64,000 nucleotides of DNA from Methanothrix sp. (lineage in GTDB: Archaea > Halobacteriota > Methanosarcinia > Methanotrichales > Methanotrichaceae): the NCBI GenBank assembly GCA_963682135.1, contig OY821645.1, positions 480,001-544,000 on the forward strand. The letters run 5' to 3'. Numbering within the stretch: the stretch's first letter is position 1; each line of letters begins with the position of its first letter. This document shows, one piece after another, positions 45,988 to 54,476 of this stretch. The position numbers and the translations under genes are program-made. The notes under the pieces were generated by a model. The model worked only from the letters and a program-made list of their open reading frames with translations, did no database searches and was not told where the DNA came from.

Positions 45988-48138
45988 ATGATGACTAGAT
46001 TGAGGAAACCTGCACAGGAATCTGGAAGGTTCGTTGTGCCGCAGCATAGTCATTTCGCATCGCGCCACTTTGCTCAGAGAGCTGAGGAGCACGAGGCCCC
46101 GGCTGCGAAGTCACCTGTCCCCTTCAGCCTTGCCGATATCGACATCTTCCCACGGGAGACCGTGCAGCCAAAGCTGTGGCTGGGGCCGGTCGGGGATCGA
46201 TACGAGGAGGAGGCGGACCAGATGGCCGGCCGGGTGGTCCAGATTATCTCATCTCCTGATCCAGGTCCTGTGCAGAGGCAGGAAGACCTGAAAGACGAGG
46301 ATGAACTGGATCTGGAAGAGGACGGAGCGCTACAGCGAAAAGTCGCAGGACCCGCTCCATCAACCAGGGTCGCAGATCTCGGGCCCGAATTTGATTCTTC
46401 CATTCAACGGGCGCGGCTAGGCGGAAAAACCCTTCCGGATAGCGTCCGCCTGCCGATGGAGCGGGCTTTTGGCGCCGACTTTGGCGGCGTGAGAATCCAC
46501 GCCGATGAAGTAGCAAACAGGCTCAATCGATCGATCCAGGCGCGAGCCTTCACGACGGGGCAGGACGTCTTCCTCAGGCAAGGCGAGTACCGCCCCGGAA
46601 GCTTTGAGGGACAGAGGCTGCTGGCACACGAGCTGACGCATGTAGTGCAGCAAAATGGTAGTAAGATGCAGAAGGAAAATGTAATTCAGCGATATATGCT
46701 TTACAATCCGGGGGCGGGGGCAGGACAGTATCAGACCAACGGAGGTGCCGACTTTACTAGCCAGATCACGGGAGGGGCTGGTAATTCGTTTATTGATCCT
46801 GGTACCCAATTGCCTCGTTTGCAGAATCAGGTAAATCCACCAGCAGTGCGCGTCTCTCAAAATGGCCACCTCGCTATCGAGGACGCTCAACTAACCAATA
46901 GGCAACCCAAGTTCTTCTATGCCAACGTCGCTATGGTGCCTGCATGGAACGATACCTTGCAGTCTCAGGGATCATTCTACCGGCTGGTCGTGGTTGGCGG
47001 GCCAATCCTTACCTTTGTTATGCCTGGAGGCGATGCCCGGCATCTAGCCAAAATCGAGGCGCGAAATCTGGAGCGGGGCAATCAAGGGCTGGGTATGACC
47101 ACAGCCCAGCGATGTGACGAGATGGTGCGAGAGGTACTGGGCACAATAGGTACAGAACCGAAGGCTTTGTTCAATAATGCGCCCATGCAACTCCCTGAAG
47201 CAAATCAGGTGACACAAGAAATCATCCGGCACTACTACGTGGCTGCCGAGCTTGCTTACGAAGCAGCCGGTGGGGGAGGGGCTGGCGCAGGCGGTGCGTG
47301 GGGCGTCGGCGGAATGCCAGTTAACGGAGTGGACTTCTCAAATAGCGATCCTGTGTTTAATGCTGTGGCAGCAAACTACGGCAACGAGATGAATTTGCAT
47401 CTGGGCGCAGTACCCAACGCTGCGCTGGCCGCACGAATGCAATTTCTTGGGGTGAATGAGTACGCAGCTCCCGAGGTAGGCCAGGGACTTGTTACGCACA
47501 AACTGGGAAAAGAGACTGCTGCACCGGGAGCAGGGGGAGGAACACAACTGATTGATGCATACAACAACCGCGTCGTACCAAATCCGAACAACAACACAAT
47601 GTGGGGATTTCATTGGGCAGGAGTGATTGCCAAAGACGGAACAGATTATATAACCATAGAGAACTACGCACGCAATGCAGAAGACAATCACTTACCCCTG
47701 TCCCCTGCTGATCCACGGTTTTACTTCCAGATGTATGGGGCTGATGCCCAATCCTGGCACGCCCAATGGTCGGCTATCGGACGCGGGGGACGAGAGTTTG
47801 TCAACCCGGTTAGCATGGTGGTCGCGGCAGAAGAAACGCCAGAGGTTTACGAAGAGCGAGCGATGCGAAACTTTGGGAACAACATCTATGCCATCCGATA
47901 TGATTACAACACTTTGGCCGTCGTGGGGGCGACGGACGACCAGTTAAGGATCGGACTGTTAAAAGGTTTGGCGTATGCAAAATACATTCTCGACAACAAT
48001 GTTTGGGGAAATCAGGGAACGGTTAATGCGTGGGTGACAGCTGTGACCAATGTTGCTAACCCAGCGGTCACAGCACTGCGCGACCATGTACTGGCCCGAC
48101 TCGGCCAAATCTGGAGAATCCCAATTGTTGGTCTGTAG
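45988..48138 (+). CDS. DUF4157 protein with C-terminal putative Cys-His-Glu (papain/CHAP-like) effector domain
   Basis: N-terminal ~220 aa paralogous to the 24315 gene, including LLAHELTHVVQQ; C-terminal QRCDEM...WGFHWAGVIAKDGTDYITIENY. Confidence 0.78.
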   Translation: MMTRLRKPAQESGRFVVPQHSHFASRHFAQRAEEHEAPAAKSPVPFSLADIDIFPRETVQPKLWLGPVGDRYEEEADQMAGRVVQIISSPDPGPVQRQEDLKDEDELDLEEDGALQRKVAGPAPSTRVADLGPEFDSSIQRARLGGKTLPDSVRLPMERAFGADFGGVRIHADEVANRLNRSIQARAFTTGQDVFLRQGEYRPGSFEGQRLLAHELTHVVQQNGSKMQKENVIQRYMLYNPGAGAGQYQTNGGADFTSQITGGAGNSFIDPGTQLPRLQNQVNPPAVRVSQNGHLAIEDAQLTNRQPKFFYANVAMVPAWNDTLQSQGSFYRLVVVGGPILTFVMPGGDARHLAKIEARNLERGNQGLGMTTAQRCDEMVREVLGTIGTEPKALFNNAPMQLPEANQVTQEIIRHYYVAAELAYEAAGGGGAGAGGAWGVGGMPVNGVDFSNSDPVFNAVAANYGNEMNLHLGAVPNAALAARMQFLGVNEYAAPEVGQGLVTHKLGKETAAPGAGGGTQLIDAYNNRVVPNPNNNTMWGFHWAGVIAKDGTDYITIENYARNAEDNHLPLSPADPRFYFQMYGADAQSWHAQWSAIGRGGREFVNPVSMVVAAEETPEVYEERAMRNFGNNIYAIRYDYNTLAVVGATDDQLRIGLLKGLAYAKYILDNNVWGNQGTVNAWVTAVTNVANPAVTALRDHVLARLGQIWRIPIVGL

Positions 48139-48206
48139 TGCGATCGCCGATCTTGTAGGTTGGAGTGCGTTATGGAGTGTTGGGTTGTACTTCGTTTCAC
48201 TCGCAA

Positions 48207-48474
48207 TTACTGGCTAAACTCAAGCGGCTCTACAGCCCCGAGGCATTAGCCCAGATCCGCTGGCAGAACGAAAACCCGGCGTCGGTTCGCCACAAATGAG
48301 GAAACGGAGGTGCTGCGCGAGGGATTCTTCAGCAGGATGTGGGACGTGATCTTCTTCATGAAGGGGCTCAAGCAACTGTTCATCTGCTGGTACAATCGGC
48401 GGCATGGGCGCAGAGGCACGCAGCAGGAGGAGCACTTCAAGAGTGTGCTCATGGCAAGCAGCGAGGTAGCCTAG
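48207..48474 (+). pseudogene. Remnant of a Y1 (IS200/RAYT-type) tyrosine transposase
   Basis: Manual translation: LKRLYSPEALAQIRWQ (frameshift) REGFFSRMWDVIFFMKGLKQLFICWYNRRHGRRGTQQEEHFKSVL*; resembles the RAYT 'FMK.LKQRF..W.N..H.R.G.LWE.RFKS' motif. Confidence 0.65.
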
Positions 48475-48910
48475 ATCAATGATATATACGGATATAAATC
48501 TGCTTTACCTTTTCTTGCTGAACGAACAGAGCACATCTGCGATGGCCACAGTCTTTTCCCCTATCTAGCTGGCATCTTAATTAATAAGCTAAAAAATTTA
48601 ATTATATATATGAATTGTATTTGATTTTTAGATACTAGTATAATAATATAAAAACCATTCTGCAATCTAAGGCAACGGTCATGAGAATGATCTGCTCGAT
48701 AATTAGCGAAAAATTGATTTGGAAGTCATATTACGTAACAAAGTTTTTAAAGGACGACACCCCTTGAGTGTAGCATACTGGAGGAATAATCTTTTCGGAG
48801 ATCTGGAGGCCAGGCTGAAAGGCAAGCGCCTGGGCTGTGAAATCTTTGACCCGGCCATTAGGGCTTCTGAGAGTTCCTGACAAATTATCAAGCTCATGTG
48901 AGATGGTATC

Positions 48911-49258
48911 TTGAAAAGGACAATACTATGCGAGTGCGGCGAGTTCGTCCAGGGTCACACCTTCAAGGATTACATTCCGACCACTATCGGCCCATCCACA
49001 TGCACATTCGGCCACAGTGGCTGCGGGCTGATCTTCAACCTTGTCGACGGAAATCTTCCTAAAAGTTTCTCGACGCGCATACAGCTCAAGGGCATAGCCA
49101 TGAGATTTGCAGAGATGAACAAGATGGAGGACGAATCTGTGGGACTCTTCTTGCTTGAGGTGGATCGTTTGAAGTCTCAGGGCAACATCTGCGACATTGA
49201 TATACTCATTTCGGCCCATAAGGCGATCCAAGGCAAAACCTCATCGGCAGGGGTGTAA
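48911..49258 (+). CDS. Hypothetical protein with N-terminal CxC...HxxC (possible Zn site)
   Basis: ILCECG...FGHSGCG. Confidence 0.6.
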   Translation: MKRTILCECGEFVQGHTFKDYIPTTIGPSTCTFGHSGCGLIFNLVDGNLPKSFSTRIQLKGIAMRFAEMNKMEDESVGLFLLEVDRLKSQGNICDIDILISAHKAIQGKTSSAGV

Positions 49259-49312
49259 TATCGAGGGAAATTTGGTGGCGTGAAATATAATCTCAGAAAC
49301 AGGTGATTCTAA

Positions 49313-50146
49313 ATGATAGTAATAGTCTCGGATGTCCACCTCGGCAGCGACGTGGGCAGGAAATGCAGGGGAACCGGACGAGCATGTGACGATCTGGATC
49401 TCGATCCGCTCTTCCAGACCTTCGTAGGGTACATTGGCAAGGAGTATCTGCAAACCAAGGAGGATAGGCTTATCCTATTGGGCGATATCTTCGACTTCTG
49501 GAGAAAAGATGCAGCAGAGGTCATGATAGAGAACCAGGAAGCCGTCTCCAAGATGAAGGAGATCGCCGATCGATCGGTCATCAACTACGTTGTCGGAAAC
49601 CATGATTACTCCATCCGGGAAATGTGGAGAGCGGCCGGCACGAAGAACCTGTTTAGCACTATGGACAAGAGACTTCACCTGGATATAGATGGCAATGCGT
49701 TCACTTTCATGCACGGCCATCAATTAGAGGTCCTGGCAAACCCCTACGACAAGAGCGAAAAGCTTTACGATTCAATATCCTCCATGCTGTGCAATTCTGC
49801 CGGAGTCACAGGTTCGGCTGCGAGCGCGATATGGGCCGCCATAGACCCTGAGGCGCACTTGGATTACATGAAGTCTGTGAAAAAGTCAACATCTGAAAGG
49901 CTCAAAGGCAAACATAGTGCCCTGGATACAGTAGAGAAGCTTGCCCAGTCCAAGTCCCGGTCCATCTACACCGGTGCAGAGGGCTGGCTGGTATACGGGC
50001 ATACCCATAGAGGCTATGTGGATGAGGATAGCATGACCGCCAATACGGGCTCCTGGGGAAGGAACGAAGATGACGATGACTGTGGCCTTGATTATATGAT
50101 CATAGAAGAAGGAAAGCCAAAGCTATGTTCCTACGAAATTAAATAA
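49313..50146 (+). CDS. Calcineurin-like metallophosphoesterase (LpxH-like)
   Basis: SDVHLG, LGDIFDFW, GNHD, HGH, GHTH, NTGSW. Confidence 0.9.
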   Translation: MIVIVSDVHLGSDVGRKCRGTGRACDDLDLDPLFQTFVGYIGKEYLQTKEDRLILLGDIFDFWRKDAAEVMIENQEAVSKMKEIADRSVINYVVGNHDYSIREMWRAAGTKNLFSTMDKRLHLDIDGNAFTFMHGHQLEVLANPYDKSEKLYDSISSMLCNSAGVTGSAASAIWAAIDPEAHLDYMKSVKKSTSERLKGKHSALDTVEKLAQSKSRSIYTGAEGWLVYGHTHRGYVDEDSMTANTGSWGRNEDDDDCGLDYMIIEEGKPKLCSYEIK

Positions 50147-50148
50147 GA

Positions 50149-50913
50149 TCATCTAAATCCTTCAATAAAGCTCTTTATGCACCATTTCAGATCCGGGTGG
50201 TATCCGCCTTCCAGCACGGCAAATCTGTGCCCGTCGCACATTTTTGCCCCTTCTTTAATGACTTTGCCAATCCTGTAATAGTCCTCTTTTTTCAGCAGCT
50301 TGCCCCAGTCCTCCAGATATGTGTCAAAGCCAGCCGAAACGCCGACAATGTCGTAATCAAAACCCTGGAATGCTCCATTTACCTGGCTTAAATAGCGGCT
50401 CTCATCCATGTTAAGGTATTCAAAGTTCTCATCTACCGACCAGGGATTGACGATTTTGACATTCTGATCTCCCCGGAAGATGCTGACGGTGCCGTCTCCA
50501 AAGTGCAGGTCAATATCGATGATCAGCGCTCTCTTCGCCCTGGGACGGATATTTTTTATGGCAATGGCTATATTGTTGAAGTAGCACATTCCCCAGGCCC
50601 GATTAGCTGCGGCATGATGCCCGGGGGGGCGCAGCAGAGCGAAAGCAGGCTCGCCCTGCATGGCCATCTCGGCTGCGGCAAGAGCGCCACCAGCCGCAAG
50701 TGATGCTGCTTCATAGTGGCCGCTAAGTATTACGCGATCGATATGCTCCCTGCCGTGGACTTTTCGGATCGCATCCAGGTCACATGGCTGCGGCTCCCTG
50801 AATTGATATCCGGCTTTTTCGAGCTCTACAGCCGGCAATCGCACACGATCCGGATTTTCCACCGGGTTAGCCGGATATTTTTGCTCATATTTTCTGCTGT
50901 ATACTATTATCAC
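50149..50913 (-). CDS. Histone deacetylase-family protein
   Basis: ENPDRV, RPPGHHA, GMCYFNNIA, DIDLHFGDGT, SAGFD, VLEGGY. Confidence 0.92.
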   Translation of the reverse strand: MIIVYSRKYEQKYPANPVENPDRVRLPAVELEKAGYQFREPQPCDLDAIRKVHGREHIDRVILSGHYEAASLAAGGALAAAEMAMQGEPAFALLRPPGHHAAANRAWGMCYFNNIAIAIKNIRPRAKRALIIDIDLHFGDGTVSIFRGDQNVKIVNPWSVDENFEYLNMDESRYLSQVNGAFQGFDYDIVGVSAGFDTYLEDWGKLLKKEDYYRIGKVIKEGAKMCDGHRFAVLEGGYHPDLKWCIKSFIEGFR

Positions 50914-51063
50914 GTTATAATTTGTAAATCATAAGGACTATATGAATGGTCCTACACAATGATTCATTCCAGGCCAGGCTGACCGTTAACCCGCCTGGCG
51001 ACCAGTACGAGCCAGACACTGGCGGGAAAAGTAAATATGATACAAGTTCATAAACATCTCTGA

Positions 51064-51408
51064 ATGCCGAATTTCAATGTCCTTCTGGAAGGTGCCTGGC
51101 TGGTAAGAGATGTCAAGACTGAGGATGATGCCATCGGTGTGGCCATCTCGGAAGCCGGCAAGCGGTTGAATCAGAGAAAGATGGACTTCGTCGAGGTGGA
51201 GACGGGTCAGTGGGACTGCCCGGAGTGCAGCGAACCTTTGCCCGGCGTATTTCTCGTTGCCAACACCGCCCTTGTGGCGCTGCTCTTTGAGATCAAGATC
51301 TTTAATGCAGAAAGTGAAGAGCATGCCGGGCGCATAGCCAAATCCTCAATTGGAAAGGCCCTGGGAGCCATACCCCTGAACGTTTTGGAGACGACTCTGA
51401 TCGATTAG
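51064..51408 (+). CDS. UPF0212 (DUF555) archaeal conserved protein
   Basis: AWLVRDV...DDAIGVAISEAGKRLN, CPEC, FNAESEEHAGRIAKSSIGKAL. Confidence 0.85.
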   Translation: MPNFNVLLEGAWLVRDVKTEDDAIGVAISEAGKRLNQRKMDFVEVETGQWDCPECSEPLPGVFLVANTALVALLFEIKIFNAESEEHAGRIAKSSIGKALGAIPLNVLETTLID

Positions 51409-51426
51409 CCCCTTTTTAGAAAAATT

Positions 51427-53751
51427 CTAACTTTTCTCGATGGAGCTTTTTGGGCTTGGCTTTGCAGAACTCTTGGCTGCAGATTTGGCTGTTCCCAGTC
51501 CCAGTGCCTTGGCCAGCTCCCTGAGATCTCTTTTGCCGGGCTTTGCCGCTTTTGATCTCCAGGGCATTTGCGGCATCTCTTGGTCTGTATTAATCTCTGT
51601 CTTATTATGGGGTGTTTTATTCAGGTGAGGTTTGTCCATCTTCCAATCCGCGATCTTCTTTAAAATTATCTCTTTGCCCTCTCTTGCGTCTACCAGTATC
51701 AAATCTTCTCTCACCCAATCCGGCAAAAATTCATTGACGCTTCCCGGGCTGTTATCCCCAAACCTGCGATCGCAAAATAGGATCACGCCTCGTTCCAATT
51801 CGGAGCGAATGACTCTGCCGGCTGCCTGCAGTCCGCGGTTGACCGCCGGCAGGGTATAGGCGATGAGCATTCCTTTGGACCGGCCATACTTTCTGGTATA
51901 GTAGCCGTTGATCTCTTTTTGAATCTCATCGTATGCAGCCAGGGGCAGGCCCACCACGGCCACGCCGTTTAGTGCCTCGCCCTTGTAATCGATTCCCTCT
52001 GCCAGCTTTCCGCCACATACACCCGTCAAGACGCCGCCGCCCCTACCTGCCAGGCGGAAGAATTCCTGCAAGACAGAGGGGACTTCTTCGCTACTTCGAG
52101 GCTCGATACATAGCTTCTTTCCCGCTTTTTTGCAGGAGGTGAGACATACTTCCCGGTAATTGTTCATCATCGGGTAGGAGGTAAAGAAGATAGCTACGCT
52201 GCCGGGAACACATTCTATTATCGATCTGATGTGCCCGGATATCTCCTCCCTGTTATCCGCATCTTCCCTGATATCGAGCTGCGTCGTCGCCTTCTTTGCG
52301 GCCATTAGCAGACGGTTTTCTTTAGGGAAGGGATTGGGCAGGCTCAGTTTTTGAGCTCTGTTCTCTTCTCCCAGGCAGTACAGCTCATAGGCTTCCAGTG
52401 GCGAGAATGTACCGGAGAGCATAATAGTAGCATTGATGTTGTCGGTGATGCGCCTGATATTAATGGCCGGATCGATATTATTGACCTCCAGGCGCGCAAA
52501 TTTCTTGCCGCCACTTCCGCTCACCATGATCTTTCTCTGATAGGATGAATCCTTTTCTGCGGTCTCAACATCCATGAGATAAAGCAGCACCAGCGCAAGA
52601 CTGGGCTGAATATCGCCTTGCAGGTTCTCGCGATCGCCTTCCGCCAGATTCAGGTCGGCTACAGCCACGGCGACATCTGAGAAATTGGATAGTGCTTCAT
52701 CAATATTCTCGATCCCATTGTAAAGGAAGGTGCGAAATAGATCCGCGTCCAAGAGAGCCTCACTCTCTTGCATCCTCTCCTGTTTGCTCTGCAAAAATTT
52801 CCTCAATCTGGGAAGAAGCATGCGGATGACTCTGATTCCTTCCCTTCTCCAGGAAGCCTTTTCTCGCGTCTCTTCCAGCCGGGCCTGGCCGAGTGTACCT
52901 TCGAACTTCTCTACCTCTTTTTCCGCCATATCTATCATGCGCATGGAAAGAAGTCGCGAGTTCATGGCCCGCACGCCATCACCAAGGTTATGCGCCTCAT
53001 CTATGATCAGGGTAACCTTTTCGGATTCCATCTCCAGCCACTCAAAGATTATGTCTTGAAAGTCCGGGGAGAATAGATGGGAATAATTCATAATAACTAT
53101 GTCGCAATTTTTAGCATAAAGGCTCTGGATTTCGTAAGGACAGATTCCCTGGCAGGATTCCAAAAGTCGGGATGGTGGTGTGATCGTCTTTTTCAAGTTC
53201 TCCACTACATCCAGAGCAAGTCCTGACCGCCGGAAATGGACTGTACCGTTGAGATCGAAACCCTCTCTGCTTCTCAGGTAATAGGGACAGAAGGTTCTGT
53301 AACCTGGCTCCTCCTCCGGAATAATGTCGGAGGCAGGGTCATAGATGCTTGCGTTTCTCTTGCCGATCCTTGACGAGACATAATTTTTGGTCCACTCTTT
53401 TAGCCTTGAGCAGCCGGCATAGACGCTTTCCCCGCGAAATTCATCTTCCAGGGGACAGATCTTCTGCTTGCCTACCATATAGGCTATCTCCGGCCTGTGT
53501 CTGGTCTTTGACCAGATCTTGCTTATCTCTTCGATGTAGATATCGATCTGAGATACCGTTCGCACAGCCACGATGGTCTTTCCTGGAGCCGCAGCTAAGA
53601 CCGAGCAAATGCAGCTCGTCTTCCCAGTGCCGGTTGGCGCGTCTATCATCAGCACACCGTGGCCACCTTTGCTCACAATTTCATAGACCGCGTCCAACAT
53701 TCTATCCTGGTAAGGCCGGAGGGAATCATAGGGGAAATAGTCCAGGTACAC
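51427..53751 (-). CDS. XPD/Rad3/DinG-family Fe-S DNA helicase
   Basis: FPYDSLRPYQ, APTGTGKT, four Fe-S Cys, IIDEAHNL, SGT, GKLAEGIDY, QAAGRVIRS. Confidence 0.92.
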   Translation of the reverse strand: MYLDYFPYDSLRPYQDRMLDAVYEIVSKGGHGVLMIDAPTGTGKTSCICSVLAAAPGKTIVAVRTVSQIDIYIEEISKIWSKTRHRPEIAYMVGKQKICPLEDEFRGESVYAGCSRLKEWTKNYVSSRIGKRNASIYDPASDIIPEEEPGYRTFCPYYLRSREGFDLNGTVHFRRSGLALDVVENLKKTITPPSRLLESCQGICPYEIQSLYAKNCDIVIMNYSHLFSPDFQDIIFEWLEMESEKVTLIIDEAHNLGDGVRAMNSRLLSMRMIDMAEKEVEKFEGTLGQARLEETREKASWRREGIRVIRMLLPRLRKFLQSKQERMQESEALLDADLFRTFLYNGIENIDEALSNFSDVAVAVADLNLAEGDRENLQGDIQPSLALVLLYLMDVETAEKDSSYQRKIMVSGSGGKKFARLEVNNIDPAINIRRITDNINATIMLSGTFSPLEAYELYCLGEENRAQKLSLPNPFPKENRLLMAAKKATTQLDIREDADNREEISGHIRSIIECVPGSVAIFFTSYPMMNNYREVCLTSCKKAGKKLCIEPRSSEEVPSVLQEFFRLAGRGGGVLTGVCGGKLAEGIDYKGEALNGVAVVGLPLAAYDEIQKEINGYYTRKYGRSKGMLIAYTLPAVNRGLQAAGRVIRSELERGVILFCDRRFGDNSPGSVNEFLPDWVREDLILVDAREGKEIILKKIADWKMDKPHLNKTPHNKTEINTDQEMPQMPWRSKAAKPGKRDLRELAKALGLGTAKSAAKSSAKPSPKSSIEKS

Positions 53752-53865
53752 ATGAGTTGGATAATACTAGGAAGAGATAAATGCTCTCCACAGGGTGAAA
53801 ATGAAATTTGTTATAGAAAAGTTAAAATTGTATTGGAGACTTGATAAATTAAGGGAGCACATGAG

Positions 53866-54459
53866 GTGGGAATTATGAAGCGGATCATAGTAATCTTATT
53901 AATGCTCTTAACAGCGGCAGATCTTCTATTAGCGGCGGCATTGTCGAGTGAATCCGGCTTTGCGAGCATCCTCGGGCCGGATGGAGATGTTATCTCAACA
54001 CCTGGAACAGATACTAAGAAGGTGGAGGATAGGATGGCTGAGGCTTTGGCCAGCCTTGATTCCTGGAAAAAGGCCCGGGCAAAAGAGAAGACAGAGCCGG
54101 TTGTCGGCAACAAAGACCAAACCGAATTGACCTCCATACCTTCTCTTAATTCAACTGAAGCTAATTCGATTCAAGCTAACTCAACTGAGGCCAATTCAAC
54201 TTCAGACAATTCAACCTCGGACAATTTAACCTCGGACAATAATAGCATCATCAGTCCACTCGGCAATTCATCCCCTGCAAATAGCCCCACCGGCATGCAA
54301 AATGTTGGTTCCAGCTCCGAAGGGAAGTTCAAAGGTTTCTACGGCATGACTGCTTCCCGGCATGAGATAGGCAAAAGCGGCATAGATTCCCACATGTTTT
54401 TAAGCGGGAACTTTGAGATGGACAAGACTGTCAAATTCCATGACCAGGGCATCGATTAA
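53866..54459 (+). CDS. Secreted hypothetical protein with Asn-Ser-Thr linker
   Basis: Signal-peptide-like N-terminus; NSTEA/NSTSD repeats. Confidence 0.7.
   Translation: MGIMKRIIVILLMLLTAADLLLAAALSSESGFASILGPDGDVISTPGTDTKKVEDRMAEALASLDSWKKARAKEKTEPVVGNKDQTELTSIPSLNSTEANSIQANSTEANSTSDNSTSDNLTSDNNSIISPLGNSSPANSPTGMQNVGSSSEGKFKGFYGMTASRHEIGKSGIDSHMFLSGNFEMDKTVKFHDQGID
54148..54246 (+). repeat. Degenerate 15-bp tandem repeats encoding N-S/L-T pentapeptides
   Basis: NSTEA NSIQA NSTEA NSTSD NSTSD NLTSD NNS. Confidence 0.7.
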
Positions 54460-54476
54460 GTCAGGGAGTCCGAGAG

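Larger units (their letters stand above)
16334..48138 (+). other. Extracellular-type contractile injection system (eCIS/PLTS) gene cluster
   Basis: Co-oriented, often overlapping sheath, tube, DUF4255, AAA+ ATPase, LysM, spike, PAAR-like, gp25, baseplates, DUF6519 and DUF4157 genes; no capsid, terminase or integrase. Confidence 0.93.

Noticed and set aside
16334-48138. Prophage or T6SS interpretation of the tail genes
   Set aside because: No capsid, portal, terminase, integrase or replication genes, and no TssJLM/ClpV. DUF4255, Afp15-like ATPase and DUF4157 indicate eCIS.
38291-48138. Diversity-generating retroelement or invertase-based fibre switching
   Set aside because: No reverse transcriptase, TR/VR pair, invertase or flanking inverted repeats seen in the window.
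50973-50999. GCCAGGC...GCCTGGC hairpin as terminator or ncRNA
   Set aside because: Only a 7-bp stem in a divergent promoter region with no U-tract; could be chance.
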